In this document: positions 58,474 through 64,000 of the stretch, in pieces
How the letters are laid out: the number at the start of each line of letters is the position of its first letter
Position numbering within the stretch: the stretch's first letter is position 1
The notes under the pieces: generated by a model
Database searches by the model: none
What the model was told of the DNA's origin: nothing
The model's input: only the letters and a program-made list of their open reading frames with translations
Source: Candidatus Iainarchaeum sp.
GTDB taxonomy: Archaea > Iainarchaeota > Iainarchaeia > Iainarchaeales > UBA10219
Direction of reading: 5' to 3'
NCBI GenBank assembly: GCA_018304425.1
Contig: JAGVWE010000005.1
Span: 64,001 to 128,000, forward strand
DNA length: 64,000 bases
Translations under genes and position numbers: made by a program

Positions 58474-60163
58474 CGGTCAAACGAAACAATGTTTCGTTCG
58501 CCATGGGAAATTTGCAGGCAGTAATGCCTGAAAACGTTTGGCGAATGAGCCTTTACGGGTTTGTTCTTGCCAAACGTTTTCACAAAATTTTCCATAGAGT
58601 TAAACCAATTCCATTGAGTTAGCAAACCAATTCCAGCTGATCCTGCTGGAGGATACTGCTATCGGAATTCGACTAAGCCATGCAAGTCTGAGAGGTTCGT
58701 ACGAGCCTCTGGCATACGGCTCAGTAACACGTAGTTAACCTACCCATTGGAGGGGCAAAACCCGGGAAACTGGGCATAATACCCCATAGGCAATCGGTGC
58801 TGGAAGGCTCTTTTGCCCAAACGAAAAACCCCTTACGGTGTATCGCCGGTGGATGGGACTGCGGGGGATTAGGCTGTTGGCGGGGTAACTGCCCACCAAA
58901 CCTACGATCCCTACGGGCAATGTAAGTTGGAGCCCGGAGAAGGGTACTGAGATAAGGACCCTAGCCCTACGGGGTGCAGCAGGCGCGAAAATTCTGCAAT
59001 GCGCGAAAGCGTGACAGAGGAATTCCGAGTGGTCCTCACGGACCTTTTATCAGGTCTAGAAAGCCTGATGAATAAGGGGGGGGCAACATGCGTGCCAGCC
59101 GCCGCGGTAATACGCAGCGCCCGAGTGGTATCCACTAATATTGGGCCTAAAGCGTCCGTAGCCGGCCCTGTAAGTCCTCGGTGAAATCGGCTCGCTTAAC
59201 GAGTCGAATGGCCAAGGATACTGCAAGGCTCGAGGTCGGAAGACGTAGAGGGAATTTCAGGGGTAGCGGTGAAATGCTGTGATCCTTGAAGGACCACCCG
59301 TAGCGAAGGCGCTCTACGAGGACGAACCTGACGGTGAGGGACGAAAGCTGAGGGAGCGACCCGGATTAGATACCCGGTTAGTCTCAGCCGTAAACGATGC
59401 GGACTAGGTGTACTAGCACTCACGAAGTGCGGGTGTGCCGAAGAGAAGTCATTAAGTCCGCCGCCTGGGAAGTACACTCGCAAGGGTGAAACTTAATGGA
59501 ATTGGCGGGAGCGCACTACAAGGGGTGGATGCTGCGGTTTAATCGGACTCAACGCCAAACAACTCACCAGGGGCGACAGCAGGATGATGGACAGTCTAAA
59601 GGGCTTTCCTGACACGCTGAGAGGTGTTGTATGGTCATCGTCAGCTCGTACTATGAAGCGTCCTGTCAACTCAGGCAACGGGGGATGGGAGCACTCTAGG
59701 GGGACAGCGAGAGCAATCTCGAGGAAGGAGTGGGCTACGGTAGATCTGTATGGCCCGAATCTCCTGGGCTACACGCGGCACACAATGGTTGGGACAATGG
59801 GTCCCTAACCCGAAAGGGCACGGTAATCCCCTAAACCCAACCTCAGTTCGGATTGAGGGTTGGAACTCACCCTCATGAAGTTGGAATCCCCAGTAATCGC
59901 GCGTCACTATCGCGCGGTGAATATGTCCCTGCGCTTTGCACACACCGCCCATCAAGCCATTCGAGTAGAGTCCAGATGAATTGCAATTCTTCACTGAGCT
60001 GCACTGATTCTGGGTTTTGCGAGAAGGGCTAAGTTGTAACAAGGTGTCCGTAGGGGAACCTGCGGACGGATCACCTCCTTCCAATTTGCCCCCCTAACGG
60101 GGGGTAATAGGACATTGCTGCCTGCAAACCCAAAATGGCGAGCGAACAAAAGGCGTTTGACCG
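58474..60163 (+). repeat. 16S processing stem (inverted repeats about 58474-58530 and 60109-60163)
   Basis: CGGTCAAACG..TTCGTTCGCCAT..TTTGCAGGCAG pairs with CTGCCTGCAAA..ATGGCGAGCGAA..CGTTTGACCG with small bulges. Confidence 0.75.
58630..60079 (+). rRNA. rrs: 16S rRNA (archaeal)
   Basis: ATTCCAGCTGATCCTGC start, GTGCCAGCCGCCGCGGTAA, GGATCACCTCCT end. Confidence 0.98.
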
Positions 60164-60343
60164 GCAACGTGGTCTCCACGTCAAATGAGGCGGTAGTGGG
60201 CTTCAGCCCACGTTTTTTCCCCAGGCTTTTTGCCCCGGGCAAAAAGGCTGCTTAACGGTTGCAATGCGTTTCCCGAGTTCGGGGCGCAGTTAAGCTTTCG
60301 AACAACTAAAGATTAAGTGAACGGTGAACCAATGTTTGGTTCC

Positions 60344-60416
60344 GGGCTCTTAGCTCAGTTGGTAGAGCGCCTCGTTTGCAACGAGGAGGCCGGGGGTTCG
60401 AGTCCCCCAGAGTCCA
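60344..60416 (+). tRNA. tRNA-Ala(TGC) in the 16S-23S spacer
   Basis: Cloverleaf, CCTCG-TTTGCAA-CGAGG. Confidence 0.97.
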
Positions 60417-60691
60417 TTAGCCGCACGAAAGCGGCGGCTGCGCGCTGTACGTCGGCCCATTTGCAATGGGCCATAAATAGACGCGCGCCAAAACGAGTGG
60501 ACGACTCGAGTTTATGCTTAATCATTAAGGTATTGATTAAGTCCGTGGGAAGCTTTTTTTCCACGGTTGGATGAGGCACTGAATCCGTTCTTCCCGTTCG
60601 GATAGGTTGCCAGCCAATGACGTTCCCCCCTGGGGGAGCCGAGGGCTGTGAACCGAAAAGGTGCCGATGAAGTCATGCATTGGTAGACGCA

Positions 60692-63652
<2,961 letters not shown>

Positions 63653-63823
63653 GTCAAATACCAATGCATGAGGGCTTTTTACAAAAGCCCTGGGAAAAAG
63701 TCCCATGCTTCGCATGGGACGGCCTTTCGCCTTGCGGCGAAAGGGCTTCCCAATTCTTCATCCAATTGCGGGGGTGACCCCGCAAAAATTCTTTTTTTCT
63801 ACCAAAAAGAATTTTTTCTCTGC

Positions 63824-64000
63824 TTAGCCGTGAGGCTGCGCGTGCTTAACGTGCCATGCCAACAGCCGTTTTCTCTTTTCCCGGCGACGCCATTGGACAA
63901 TGCGTGCCTCCAGGCGCTGACGGGCGGGCGAAAGCCTCCGAACAACCGGTAGCCTCCACCCTTTCATGGGGGCAAAGCGGTCGATGAACCGGAAGCGTGC
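63824..64000 (-). CDS. possible 3' end of an Arg-rich CDS entering from the window edge
   Basis: Open frame ...ARQRLEARIVQWRRREKRKRLLAWHVKHAQPHG*. Confidence 0.35.
   Translation of the reverse strand, partial: ARFRFIDRFAPMKGWRLPVVRRLSPARQRLEARIVQWRRREKRKRLLAWHVKHAQPHG

Overview
This 64-kb window is a GC-rich archaeal chromosome segment. Evidence for an archaeal origin: archaeal 16S-tRNA-Ala-23S operon with bulge-helix-bulge processing stems, A-type ATP synthase operon HIKECFABD, FEN1, DGGGP synthase, eL40, eL41, archaeal SRP RNA and an intron-containing tRNA-Leu. The divergent rRNA and gene content suggest a DPANN lineage, perhaps Diapherotrites/Iainarchaeota or Micrarchaeota (inference). 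Housekeeping blocks (guaB, ftsZ, folC, pcm, pyk-ppsA) alternate with accessory modules: (i) a class II RNR plus cobalamin-salvage cluster with two ECF S-components but no energising module in the window; (ii) a variable island between tRNA-Leu and tRNA-Ser with vapBC, two EF-Tu domain-II-like proteins and gene remnants; (iii) an Lrp-linked metB-thrB-hom-aspartokinase operon with a divergent 41-aa Cys-rich micro-ORF; (iv) a compact four-gene type IV secretion-like locus (VirB2 pilin, surface protein, VirB6-like, PrgI/VirB3-VirB4 fusion) with no relaxase, coupling protein or integrase. Best leads: the minimal T4SS-like locus, two unannotated structured RNAs with their own TATA boxes and T-tracts (38.3 kb, 54.2 kb), and a 23S peptidyl-transferase centre with several substitutions at near-invariant positions. 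All calls were made by eye; no searches were run.
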